Source: Eledone cirrhosa
Lineage: Eukaryota
DNA length: 64,000 nt
Direction: 5' to 3'
NCBI GenBank assembly: GCA_964016885.1
Contig: OZ024742.1
Span: 181,288,001-181,352,000, forward strand
How positions within the stretch are numbered: the first letter of the stretch is position 1; each line of letters starts with the position of its first letter. Of this stretch, positions 22,822 through 34,887 are shown one piece after another. The notes beneath the pieces were generated by a model. That model did no database searches, had not been told where the DNA came from, and saw nothing but the letters and a program-made list of their open reading frames with translations. Made by a program: the position numbers and the translations under genes.

Positions 22822-24162
22822 AACAACACCGGAAACTTCCACATCAACAGTGACAGACCGCCTTTACTTGAAACGTAAGCAGGGAAGCAGAGGCCTAACA
22901 TCAGTCCAGACAACATTTGAATGTCGCATCATATCTCCCCGACAACATCTACGAACCTCGAAGCGTAGGAGCCCGCTTCTCGAGCAAGTCTATCTGCATG
23001 AAACAGATAAGATTATGAGAGTTGGGAAGGAACTCCTCGAGAGATATTCCCTGTGTGATAATCAAAAACTCACACCCAGGGATGTCGCTCAGCAGTATCG
23101 CAGTGAATCCATGGATGAAAAACTGCATGCTTATCAGCAAAAATTCATGCATGGATATGTTGCCAGAAAGCTCCAGAGTGAGAGTAATATAGATAAGGAA
23201 AGTAGTCTATCTTGGACCAACAACCGCTATATTGGCTCCCACTTTGAAGGATACGCTTTTGCAATCCAAGAACAGGAGATTAGCACAAAATACCTGATTC
23301 ACAAAAGAGATAGGGATGCAGGCAAAACACCTAGATGTGATAACAAGTGCAGACTCTGCAGAACTAACATCTAGGATATCACCCATGTCATCAGCAGCTG
23401 TCCAAAGATGTCATCGCGGTACTATCTACCTATGAGGTATGATGTAGTGGCCAAAACACTGTACAATGCAGTTCGTAAAAAAGATAGCCCCGATAATAAA
23501 CACATTAAAAGCTACAACAATGTGGAAGACATCCATGTACATAATATGAAAGAGTACTGGTGGAATGTTCCAGTAAAAACCCCAATAAAATGCAGGCATA
23601 ACAGACCAGATATTATATGGGACAGGGAGAAGAAAACATGCACAGTAGTGGAAATTAGCTGCCCAGCAGATGCCAATATAATATCAAAGATTAGTGAAAT
23701 GGAGAATATTTATGCAGAACTGATGAGAAATCTGCAGATACTCCACCCTGATTACACCTTCAGATTTATGCCTGTGATTATTGGGGCACTGGGATATGTT
23801 AGTAACTGCCTCAATACAAATCTTGAGAAGCTAGGCTTCACAGGAACAGAAAGAACAACTAGTTAGGAAACTACAAGTACAATCCATTAATGGAACAGTA
23901 AAAATATGTAAAACATTCCAAAAATGTTGCATCTAATAACTGCATATACACATTTACAGATACAAAGCATATACACATGCACACATACAACTCAAAACAT
24001 ACACATCCACACATACAATAACATCCATATCTACACATGCATGCATACATACATATCTACCTAGTTGATATTGTGTAAATTCAAATGAGAGAGTCTTGTG
24101 TCTATGTTAGAAACCGACTCTCTCTCTATTGGTAAAACTTTGTGAAATTATAAAACCAGAAG

Positions 24163-24163
<1 letters not shown>
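22819..24163 (+). mobile_element. 5'-truncated R4/Dong-like non-LTR retrotransposon (zinc knuckle plus restriction-like endonuclease), pseudogenised
   Basis: DRLYLKRKQGSRGL...FAIQEQEISTK...CRLCRTNI*DITHVISSCPKM...HNRPDII...EISCP...PVIIGALG. One in-frame stop (23372-23374) and frameshifts near 22855 and 23860. Coding ends at about 23936. (CA)n at both junctions. Confidence 0.88.

Positions 24164-24250
<87 letters not shown>
24164..24250. repeat. (CA)n microsatellite
   Basis: Direct reading. Confidence 0.98.
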
Positions 24251-24253
<3 letters not shown>

Positions 24254-24410
24254 TTATGGTATATATATATGGTATATATATATATATGTGGTACAGTTAT
24301 AGAAAAGCACCCGTTGGCTGCGCGCAAAAGGTAAACAGAAATAACAACACAATCGGTACAGTATATGGAAGGTATATATTAGTTTAATGCTTGAAATAGC
24401 AAAAAGAGTG

Positions 24411-24446
24411 TCTTAACGTTTCGGACGCTAGTCTTTCATCAGAAGA
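24411..24446 (-). ncRNA. Minimal hammerhead ribozyme motif (Penelope-like terminal-repeat type)
   Basis: Minus strand UCUU-CUGAUGA-AAGAC-UAGC-GUCC-GAAA-CG-UU-AAGA. 4-bp stem I, short stem II with one mismatch, palindromic AACGUU. Confidence 0.55.
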
Positions 24447-24559
24447 AAGAATGAGAAATTAGAAAGATTGAAGGGACGGGCAGGGCGGTATCGGAAAAAA
24501 ATGTTTGTAGAGAAAAATAACAGGTCCATTCATGTTGCCATCTCTTTGAAAACTGTTGA

Positions 24560-24790
24560 TGCTGGCGTTTTAAGCGTGGAAAAGCGGACGTAAAAACGAT
24601 GATGTTGATAGTGATACATTATATATATCATCATCATTTTACGTCCGCTTTTCCCTGCTTGCAAGGGTGGGACGGGAACTGATTCTAGCTTGATTTCTAT
24701 AGCTGGATGCCCTTCCTAACACCAACCTCATTTACAGTGAGTGCTGGGTGTTTTTGTGCCGTGGCACCTCCACGACCACTTTGCAGTGGA
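24560..24790. mobile_element. Two (GAT)n-tailed retroposon 3' ends, tail to tail
   Basis: GGAAAAGCGGACGTAAAA..GATGATG (+, about 24578-24605) faces CATCATTTTACGTCCGCTTTTCC (-, from 24628), followed by GCTGGATGCCCTTCCTAACACCAACC. Confidence 0.65.
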
Positions 24791-24874
24791 ATGATATGGA
24801 CCCCAGTCCCTATCATCTCATTTCTACAGCTAAGTAAACTGGACCAATGTGAAATAAAGTGTCTTGCTCAAGGA

Positions 24875-24938
<64 letters not shown>

Positions 24939-25507
24939 AAATGGGGAGAAGAATACTGCAGGTTGCACATGGATAACATGTAATAAAATGAGTCCCTCAT
25001 CAGTGATTTGCCGACCATCATAAATATTTCATTGCATTAAAAATCATATACCTCACGTCGGTGCAATAATAACTAAATTAAGTTATTAGGACAATTAAAA
25101 CGCGTAAAGCGAGTGAGACAAGATAACAACAAAGAGGAGAGCTAACCGTAGAGAGGAAGGGAAATACGTACGTGCATACATATACACATACTTACGTACA
25201 AACATATATGCAAGTAGAAAAAATATTCTTAGCGAACCCCACCGAAGAAAACTCCGATGCTGTAAAAATCCGTTGGTCCCATCCTCTCCACATGTCAGAG
25301 GTCGGATTAGTTGAAAACACGAAAAAAAAACTATGAATTTTTTTTCTTTTCTTAGAAAACCCCAAACGGATGCTTTTCTAAAAATATACTATATATATAC
25401 ACAGAGATACATACATAGAACCCATTCACCCCCAACACTGCCTAGTACTACGCGCAACTTCATATCGTCTACACAACCCACCATGTTGCTTGAGATACAC
25501 CAACGCA

Positions 25508-25694
25508 TTGTGGATTGGCAGTATCGGTAGAGGGTCGGACGCCATGCTTTGACGCATAGAGTTACGGCCCTTGCCATTCTGAGTTCAAATCCCGCCGAGG
25601 TTGACTTTGCCTTTCATCCTTACGGGGTCGATAAAATAAAGTACCAGTAATACACTGGGTAATTGCTGGCCTTGTGCCAAAAGTAGAAACAATT

Positions 25695-25695
<1 letters not shown>
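25508..25695 (+). mobile_element. tRNA-derived SINE, family A
   Basis: TGGCAGTATCGG A-box, GAGTTCAAATCC B-box, same core and tail as 521-702. Confidence 0.9.
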
Positions 25696-25729
<34 letters not shown>

Positions 25730-25730
<1 letters not shown>

Positions 25731-25969
25731 ATAAATGTAATCTGAGTTTTTCGAGTATTAATAATAACATCCGATTCGTTTGCAATTAATGAACCCTTCA
25801 TTCTTGCTCTTGTGTTGGCATGCGAACATGCAGTTCTGTTCGCATGCCAACACAAGAGCAAGAATGAAGAGTTCATTCTACTGACATGGCTATAAAATTG
25901 AGGCTTGTTTGCATAATTGCAAACGAATCGGATGTTATTAATACTCGAAAAACTCAGATTACATTTATT
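25730..25969. repeat. 240-bp fold-back: outer arms of about 56 bp plus inner 41-bp arms
   Basis: 25730-25788 pairs with 25914-25969 (one 3-nt indel). 25788-25828 pairs with 25837-25877 (one mismatch). 25878-25913 is unpaired. Confidence 0.92.
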
Positions 25970-26164
25970 GTATTCAGCCATGTAGAGCGAAATTTCCTTT
26001 TATATATATAAAGATAGAGAGAGAGAGCTGGTAAGGCTCCGACCCAGTCATTTGTGAAACACGTGTTGCGAGTGATTACAAATAAAATGTGTGAAACTGA
26101 AACTTCGATTTCATTGTGTGTGTGTGTGTGTGTGTGCGTGTGTGAATTATCACAATAATAATCT

Positions 26165-26440
26165 TGCCGATTTCGACGATGAATGCTGCTGTTGTTGTTC
26201 AATCAACGAAATTAACGTGTACGTGGCTGCGTTTTACAGACACATGTACCCATAACGTACTTCGTAGGATGATTCCGTGTTGTAAGGCTAGTCCTTCGAA
26301 TTACACGTATAATCCAACCGACGGGTGGATTATAGTTTCTGTGTACTCATAAGGTATGGATCGACCCAAGGTTCCCACAAAGGGATTGAACCCACGACCT
26401 TATAACCGCAAAGCGAATTTCTTAACCGTTCGACCACGTA
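26165..26440 (-). mobile_element. Decayed tRNA-derived SINE, family D
   Basis: Minus-strand tRNA head (GTGGTCGAACGGTTAAG..GGGTTCAATCCC). Body GAAATTAACGTGT..AGACACATGTA..GAATTA is shared with 31320-32063. Confidence 0.6.
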
Positions 26441-26460
26441 GCGTCCACTTGCGTAATAAA

Positions 26461-26573
26461 TAATTGTTTCTACTTTTGGCACAACGCCAGCAATTATCTC
26501 AGTGCATTACTGGTACTTTATTTTAGCGAGTCCGTAAGGATGAAAGGCAAAGTTAACCTCGGCGGGATTTGAA
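26461..26573 (-). mobile_element. SINE family A, 5'-truncated
   Basis: Aligns to 521-630. Confidence 0.85.
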
Positions 26574-26976
26574 GAAACTAATAATAGCCGAAATTAATAA
26601 GTTCTATTTTAGTGTGTATATTTGGAAATTAACTGCTTTGCCCACCCCATACACGTGTTTTTAAAATAAAATTATGAAGGCGTTAAGTATATTTTTGTAT
26701 GCAACGATGAACATTACAGTACAATTTTTTTTAAACCTACCAATATAAGTTTACATTTTTAACGAAATGTTCATCCTTGCAAAAAAAATATATACTTAAC
26801 GCTTCGTGTATATGTAGAAATACGTTTATTTTCAAGGCACAAATGTTATTTTTAAAAATACATTTCGTTAAAATAGAAGTATCACCTCTAAACCGAAACA
26901 TATTCCCCATTATTGTTAGTTTTATTTTTCAATACGCACGTAAATCTACCAGATTACCCCTCCTCCCGCCCTGTGT

Positions 26977-27245
<269 letters not shown>

Positions 27246-28197
27246 GTATGTGTGTGTATATGTATATATGTATATGTATATGTATATATATATATATATG
27301 TATATATGTATATATATATATGTATATATATATATATGTGTATATATATATATATGTGTGTGTGTGCATAACTATGTATGTAACTAAGACCGCCAATCTG
27401 CTCTATTTTAAATGTGTGCACACATAAACACGTACATAAATAAACACACATAATCGAGACTGCGTGAGTGTGCACGTGTATGTATCTTTCAGTGTGAAAG
27501 CCGTTTGCAAATATGATAGAAAATAAGTCTATGTGAGAGAGAGAGAGAGAGAGAGTGAGTGGGGGTCAGTTGTGTTGATATGAGGTACCGATACTGTTGT
27601 TTTGCATTGATCTTAGCATATTACTGTTACTTATCGATCTTGCAGACAGTAGAACCCGGCTGGATTTGAATTCTGAACATAGGAAATAGAGAAAGTGAAA
27701 GTAGTTGCCTCTAGTTGCGCGGCGCTGCTGCCAACCGTTTCTACAGACAGATGCGGAGAGGTCTAATTCTTCGCGTATGTAGCAGAAATGTTTTTAAAAA
27801 AAACAAAAAAAACCTTATGTGGCTACAACGACGAACTAATATTTGTATTTGCAGGTCTGATTTATCCAATAGACACATGACAAAAGGCGTTCCATAAACA
27901 TCAGGTATATCTCTGTCCAATGTGTCACTTTTTTTTTTTTCTATTTTATTTACAGTAGGGCGTACATGAAGGAATTTCATTGCTATTTTAAGCAGATCGA
28001 GCGAGCGCAAACTTGTCGTTGTTTAACCCCAGGTCTACCTTGGTCACGCAAACCTATGATCAAAAGCATTCCAGACCACATTACTCAACGTGTCTTTCTA
28101 TCACACACACACACTCATTTGAAGGAGACTTGGCTGCTTTTTCTAGCATCTCTAGCGGCCACGCAAAAGGGTCAGCCTATGGCTCGAAAGCACCGCT

Positions 28198-28200
<3 letters not shown>

Positions 28201-28268
<68 letters not shown>
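28201..28268. repeat. (GA)n microsatellite
   Basis: Direct reading. Confidence 0.98.
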
Positions 28269-28274
<6 letters not shown>

Positions 28275-28787
28275 TATATCTATCCTATCCTTTCGTGTTG
28301 ATCGATGAAAGAGCAATATGCGTATGTCCGAAACTGTGACAAAGGATAGGCAGACGAGAGGAATGGAACTGGTGGAGAATAGGAAGAATATGTGAAACGA
28401 TTTTTTTTTTTTATTTAATGGACAGAAAAGTGGATAGAGTGCATATTGTAAAAGTTTCACTCCAGTTTGCCATGCCACAATACATATAAAACATACAAAC
28501 CCTACGGGCAAACTTCGAGAACATAATAATGCGAAAAAAATCGAGTACTCGACTATAGAATTAAGAGCTATATAGATAAGATATTACTAATTGAGACAAG
28601 TAAGACTATAGAGTACTAAATTATTCAATTTAGTACTCTATACATTAAGGAAAATAGAATGTAGATATTATTATTATTATTATTAGGCATATAAGCCCTA
28701 CGGTGAAGCTTAACAAGTTATATATAAATATATGTATGTATGCATGTAGATATATCAAATCTTGACCCTGACCCGTTTCTATATATG

Positions 28788-28844
<57 letters not shown>

Positions 28845-29166
28845 ACATTCGGTGCGGGAATTATAAGACTAAAATATCAGCTTGTTTGATAAATAAATAA
28901 AAAGGCGAAAAAAAAATCAGTTAATTTGTTGATTAGCTCCAGATCACCTCCTGATCTATAATAAAGTAGGATTATCGTATTGTTATGGGTATCTAAAATA
29001 GATTTGGCTGCTATTTCTAGCAGGTCAAGCGATCACGCTAGATGTTCACTGGTTCAGAGTGAAGTACATGATATAGATGTTTATAAACATTGGCCTTATC
29101 TCAGTCATTGATGTCTGGTGGTATGTTTGGTGACATTTTAACTGGGAATTCTTTAGTCAAAGACTA

Positions 29167-29210
<44 letters not shown>

Positions 29211-30117
29211 GGGGTAACGGCAAGATGGAGAGGTAGAGAAATATAGACAAATAGACAGAGAGAGAGAGAGAAAGTGAAATATATAAGCTAAGAGGAGAGA
29301 AAGAAATACATAGATAGATATGTCGGGAAAGGGAGTTGAGAAAATGACAAGAGAAAGAAAGAGAAATGTATAAATACACTTAGAGAAAGAGAGAGAAGAT
29401 GAAAAAGAGAGAAGTAATATTGTCAAACAATGTGAAAGTCGGAAAAGATAAGGATACGGAAAGAATAGTGTAAGATTCTTGTCTAATGTGGTTTACCTTT
29501 GGGTGGTTGTTGTAAGGTAAGATATATGATTTGGAGTGAAGAGAGGTATAAATTAGAGAAGTAGATAGATATATACATATGACTTGGTGAGAGAATAGAT
29601 GTGTTGACAGTTGGTGACAAATAATGAGAGAGAGAAAGGTAGATATATTAACAGTTGGTGACAGATTAGAGGGAAAGGGTGTAATTAGAAAAGGGTCAGT
29701 CGAGATTGAGAATAGGTGAATGAAAAAATCGCACGCAAACCACACACACACACACATATATATATATATACACACACACACACCTAAACATAAATGCTGA
29801 ACTCAGACCATCCAAACATATACACGAAGTAACTAAGAAAAACACATAAAAGTATACAGAAAAATATATAAAAACAATGGTATATGTGTGTATATATAAA
29901 TATATATATGTATATATAAATAAATATATAGAGAGAGAGAAAGAGAGAGAAGAAAGGAGAAGAGAGAAGGAGAGAGAGGAGAGAAAAAGAGGGGAGAATT
30001 AAACACAAACAGATAGATACGCGGACAGATAGATAGATAGATATACAACCAAGAATATATATGTCTACATATATTTGAGAAAAAAATATAGGTATGTGAA
30101 AGAGATGAAAAGTTTAC

Positions 30118-30220
30118 CTGTTAAGGCTGAACTTGTGTAATGTAGAACGGCTAGAAAAAGAAACATTCGGACTAGAAGGACGCGGTGTTGCGAGCAAACC
30201 AACACACTTAAAGCGGCCAT
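30118..30220 (-). CDS. Probable first coding exon of a secreted or membrane protein (signal-peptide exon)
   Basis: AAGATGG start context. 103 nt = MAALSVLVCSQHRVLLVRMFLFLAVLHYTSSALT plus 1 nt. Hydrophobic core followed by S-S-A, a plausible cleavage site. Donor CAG|GTAAAC, phase 1. Locally CpG-rich unique sequence. Too short for the ORF track. Confidence 0.6.
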
Positions 30221-30223
30221 CTT
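30212..30223 (-). promoter_or_regulatory. YY1-type motif AAGATGGCCGC overlapping the putative ATG
   Basis: Matches the YY1 consensus AAGATGGC(C/G)GC, which often overlaps start codons near metazoan transcription starts. Confidence 0.45.
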
Positions 30224-30427
30224 ACCAAAGACTGCTGGTTCGGATTTCTGAGTATGTGATGAGAGAGAGAGAGAAAGAGACAGAGTGAGAGTGATAGAGT
30301 GAGGGAAGAGAGAGGGGGGGAAAATAGTATTATTTATATGGCAGTGTGTGCATATGTATGTGTGTGTGTGTGTGTGTATGTCGAATATATATATATATAT
30401 ATATATAAATATATATAAATGTGTGTT

Positions 30428-30459
<32 letters not shown>

Positions 30460-31415
30460 TTTGTGAGTGTAAACTCGTCCGAAGAAGAAGATATATATTT
30501 ATAAATAAATGTATGTGTCAATATATATATATATATAGTGTATGTGTAATACGTGCCTTTTAAGACACCTTATAGGAATGTGAAAAAGATTGGTCGAAAG
30601 TAACAAAAATATATATAAAGGGGTGGGGAGGTAATGGAAGCTTATATAGTCATAACAACAACAATAAATGTTGTTATGTATCCGTGTAGTATAGAAGGCA
30701 GAGCTGTCTTACACTTTGAAGTTTTCAATCCGAAAGCTCCTTCTATTTACACTCATCTCTCTCTCACCCTGATGTTTTGTTTTTTCTCTTCTCTCTAACT
30801 CTATCTGCTCACTTTCTCACTCTCCCTTTCGTCTTTTCTTTCCATCTCTCGTCTTTCTTTTACTCTATCTCATCACTCACCCTCTCTTTGGTGTTCTCTA
30901 TGTCTCTTTCTGTCGCATCTATTACTCTATCTGCTCTCTCTCTCTCCCACTCTCTCAGGTTTCTTCCTTTCTTGCAGTCGTCATCTCTATTTTTCTCTCT
31001 TAAAACTTTCCTTTCTCACTGTCGCGTTTGTATGGCATCTTTCTTTCTCTGTAAAGACATTTATTTCTCTTTCTGTCGCGTTTGCATGTCACACACTCTC
31101 TCTCTTTTATCCACATTCTTTCTGTCTTCACTGCATGTCTCGCTCTCTCTTTCTCCCCCCACCCTCTCTCTGACATTTTATTTCTCTCAATTCTATGTCC
31201 GGCTTGGTCTTTCTATCTCTCTTTCTACCCCTTCATCGATGTTTTCTTTCTTTCTCTCTACTTCTGACTCCACTCCCTCTCTCCACTCCAAAGCAATACA
31301 CGAAGAAATTAAATGGACCACCATCGGTTTCCACAATGACTGTTCCCTTCGTTCGACCAAGGAAATAACCTGATCGTGAAATTAACGTGTTATTGTTATT
31401 CCAAAGACACTTGTA

Positions 31416-31826
31416 TAGGGTGGCCGAAAGTCTTGTCACCCTACCAAAAAGTAATGAGAAACAGTTTATGTTCCCATCGAAGTATCGTCCTCTTCAGAGG
31501 AGCTGGTTTGCCGAATCTTGCAGTGAAGTCATGTCGCACATCCTCCATGATCTTGCCAGAATGTACTGTGTCCATACACTTGCAAGCAGCTTCTCTTCTA
31601 AACTGTAGGAGCTCTGAAATAGAAAATTATATTATTATTATTATATATTATAATTAATGATATTATATATTATATTATTAAAACAAAAAATAATTGTTTC
31701 TACTTTAGGCACAAGGCCAGCAATTACCCAGTGCATTACTGGTACTTTATTTTATCGACAAAACAAAAAATAATGAAAGTTAAAACAATATGTAACAACG
31801 GGTGACAAGACTTTCGGACCACCCTG
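31416..31826 (-). mobile_element. Tc1/mariner deletion derivative with an N-terminal HTH remnant
   Basis: TIRs (T/C)AGGGTGG(T)CCGAAAGTCTTGTCACCC at 31416-31441 and 31800-31826; TA at 31414-31415 and 31827-31828. Minus strand encodes YSLEEKLLASVW / MEDVRHDFTARFGKPAPLKRTILRWEHKLF, a DUF4817-like transposase HTH. Confidence 0.85.
31695..31759 (-). mobile_element. 65-bp 3' fragment of SINE family A with 15-bp TSD
   Basis: TSD AAAACAAAAAATAAT at 31680-31694 and 31760-31774. Confidence 0.88.
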
Positions 31827-32165
31827 TATAATAATGTAATTCTTATTGAGATTCAGTATGACAGCGTGCGACAGCTGGCTATTTGAATTAGAGGTACAAT
31901 CTGTCTGACGGGCTCCCAAACAGTTTCTCTCAACCCAATTTCACTCACAATGCATGGGTGGACTCGAAGCTATGGTAAATGACACTTGCTCAAGATACCA
32001 CACAGTGGAATTGAACTAGGATTCTAATTATTGCGAAAATAACTTTTTAACCATTTAACCATGCTTTGTCTACTACATGAAGAAATGCCTCTATAAATAT
32101 ATCTAACCACCCATCTATTCATCTATCTATCTACCCATTTATCTATCTATCTATCTATCTATTTA

Positions 32166-32236
32166 TGTAAAAACCCTGCCGTCGCGTCTTGTAATGTCTC
32201 ATTTTTGTACTCCCCTGTGGCAAATAAAGAAATATT
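32166..32236 (+). mobile_element. Extreme 3' end of a Tx1-like LINE inside (ATCT)n
   Basis: TGTAAA..TTGTA..TGTC.CA.TTTTG..CCC.TGTGGCAAATAAAGAAATAT resembles 34824-34888. Confidence 0.65.
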
Positions 32237-32263
32237 TCTATCTATCTATCTATCTATCTATCT

Positions 32264-34887
32264 GGTCTTTGCGAGACCTGGATGGACGGGCGATTCTTGA
32301 GCCTAAGCAGATGTGTGAGGCCTTTCAAAGGCACTTTGCCCGACTGTTCGGGAGGGGCGAGGAGCCGGTTGGGAACGTGGACTTCGGTCCATACCTCGAC
32401 GGCCTGCCGCGCCTCTCGGACAGGGAGGCGAAGTCCTGCGAGGAGCCGATTTCGGCCGCTGAGATAGAGGACGTGCTGAGCCAATGCGGCAAATGCAAAT
32501 CCCCGGGTCTCGATGGTCTTCCTTACGAATTATATCTAGCTATGCCGGACTTGTTCCCCGATCTCCTCGAGGCGGTCTACTGCAACTGGCAACAGAACGG
32601 GAGAATTCCCTGTACTGTGACCAAGGGCGTAGTCACGCTAGTGAGGAAGGACGAGAACAAGGGGGACGAAATAAGTAACTTCAGGCCCATAACTCTGCTA
32701 AATACAGAGTTACAGATTTTGGCCAAGGTGCTAGCAAAGAGGTTGGCGCTTGTCGTGGGCAACCTGGTGGGAGATGCGCAGACATGCGCTATCCCGTCCA
32801 GGTCCATCCATGACAACCTCCACCTCATGCGATACATCATAGAGAGGGTTGGGAACGAACCCGGCTTTGGTGGGGCTCTGATCAACTTGGATCAATCTAA
32901 GGCGTTCGATAGGGTCGACCATGGTTACCTGGATGCGGTGCTAGCGGCGGCAGGCTTCGGACCCGTTTTCAGGGGCTGGATCACTGCTATGCACAGCAGC
33001 CGCATCTGCTCTAGGGTCAAGGTGAACGGCTACCTATCGGAGCCGTTCAAAATCGCGCGGTCCATCCGACAAGGGTGCCCTCTCTCCTCCCTTCTGTATG
33101 TGTTGACTCTCGAGCCACTACTGCGGAAGTTGGAGTTGTTGCAGGGCATCCCTTTGGAACCCGGATTGCGGAAAGCGGTGTCGGCCTACGCCGATGACGT
33201 GACAGTAATGGTGTCGACGGCCTCCGAAATCGAGGCGATCGGCACCTTACTGGAGGAGTACAAAAGTTCACAGGGGCTAAGCTGAACCAGGACAAGTCGA
33301 TCGGTTTGCAACTCGGCACGTGGAGGGGCAGACCGATGCACTCCGATCTCGTCGTCGGACGCTGGACGGAGGGCCCGGTGAAGTTGCTCGGGGTCTGGTT
33401 CGGACCGGACCTCCAGGTGGAGAAAAACTGGGCGGAGGTTACGAACAGGGTGTTTGCACTGACCCAGAAGTGGGCCAGTTGCAAACTATCCCTGAAAGGT
33501 CGGGCGGAGGTGGGAACACCTACATAGCATCCGTCATCTACTACCGCCTGACCGTAGTGCCCTGCCCAAGGGAAACCCTCACCAAGATGGAGCGCGCGCT
33601 CTTCCAATTCCTTTGGAAGAGGCGGGCTCCTATAGTGAGGAGATCCATCTGCTGTCAACACCCTTCGAAAGGAGGGCTGGGGATGCCGTGGCTAATGATG
33701 CGTAAACACGCATTAAGGCTACGGCACCTCTACGTATTCCTCACCGGACAACCGGTGTGGGCCTCGTTTGTGAGACGAACCTTTCCCAGACTCGTCTCAC
33801 TCACCGAGCTGCAATCCTGGGTCAAGCAAAGACCGAGAAAACTGGGCGCCTGGCACACTGAGTGTGCCCAGGCGCTCACCGCCCTCTGGCAGGCGGATCC
33901 GGTTATCAGTGGAGAATCCACCGCAACATTCTATAGAGGGCTGGTACGCAGCAGGTGCGACGACGCCCTCGGAGAAGCCCTAGACATGGAGGAGGACGAA
34001 CTGGCCAGCCTGTTCGGTAGGACATTCAGCCCGGGACCTATGGACAACTTCCAGAAGTCCCTGGCCTGGCAGTGCTACCGAGGAGCTTTACCCGTTCGAG
34101 AAAGGCTCTACAGACACAGGCGCCCGGGTAGGGACCCCGCCAAAAAGATCTGTCCCAGATGCGTGTGCGACGAGGAAACCGTTGCACACGCATTGGTACA
34201 CTGCTCGGGCGTAGCCGATCTGTGGGGCTATGTCGAACAACTGCTGTCAAGGGTGGGACCGATCCGGTTGACCACCGAGTCTATTGTAATGATCAAGCCG
34301 CCTCCCCCCTTCAAAGATGAAGCAGAGGCGGTGTTTCTGTGCGTAATAGCCATGGCGAAAGAGGTTGTATGGTGGATGCGTCTGAAAGGACTGAGGTCAG
34401 GCACCTTTCTCTCTGGCCAACAACTGGTCCGTTTCTTCCGATATCATTTCGGAAGAAGGATCAGGATGGAGAGAGAAGTGCTGCACCCCAGTCGTTTTTA
34501 TGAAAGGTGGGTGAAAGTGGCGAGAATGGCCCGTGTGAATGGGCCTTCTCTTTACATAAGCCTGTAGGTAGAAAAGAGGAAGGAACGAGGGAGCACCCCC
34601 TCTCTGTGCTCCTGAGGAAAAGGGTTGCACACTTTTTTCGGGGGTGTGTGCGACCCCCCAAGGCGCCTCCTCTCTATTGAGGATTTTGTTATAAATTTTA
34701 TTTTTTGTTATATTTTATAACAAAATCCTCTATTGAGGATTTTGTTATAATTCTATTTTTTGTTATATTTTATTTTATTTTTATATATTGTTATTGCCTC
34801 CTCCGTATTGAGGACGCCTTGTTTTGTAAACTCCCCCCATTGTACTTGTCCCACTTTTGATGCCCTTGTGGCAAATAAAAGAAACAT
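32264..34887 (+). mobile_element. 5'-truncated Tx1-clade (L1 group) LINE: RT plus C-terminal zinc knuckle, frameshifted
   Basis: KSPGLDGLPYELY, NFRPITLLN, LDQSKAFDRVDH, RQGCPLS, YADD, GGLGMP, CPRC...ETVAHALVHC. Frameshifts near 33268 and 33515; stop at 34567. 3'UTR ends AATAAAAGAAAC. GC-rich against the background. Confidence 0.93.

Larger units (their letters stand above)
31320..32063 (-). mobile_element. Old SINE (family D) interrupted by a mariner-type element
   Basis: Removing 31416-31828 rejoins GAAATTAACGTGT..AGACACTTG-TA-..GATTCAG..GAATTAGAGGTACA, collinear with 26208-26310. tRNA head and CTTGAGCAAGTGTC core at about 31980-32063. Confidence 0.6.

Noticed and set aside
25190-25332. Possible minus-strand exon ending at C|GTAAGT (about 25196) with an open phase-1 frame
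   Set aside because: The only matching acceptor has an A-rich upstream tract and the peptide is unrecognisable. It could be an alternative first exon but is unsupported.
30777-31373. 198-aa S/L/F-rich ORF and similar ORFs at 29157-30048 and 62543-63279
   Set aside because: Translations of CT-rich low-complexity or minisatellite DNA.
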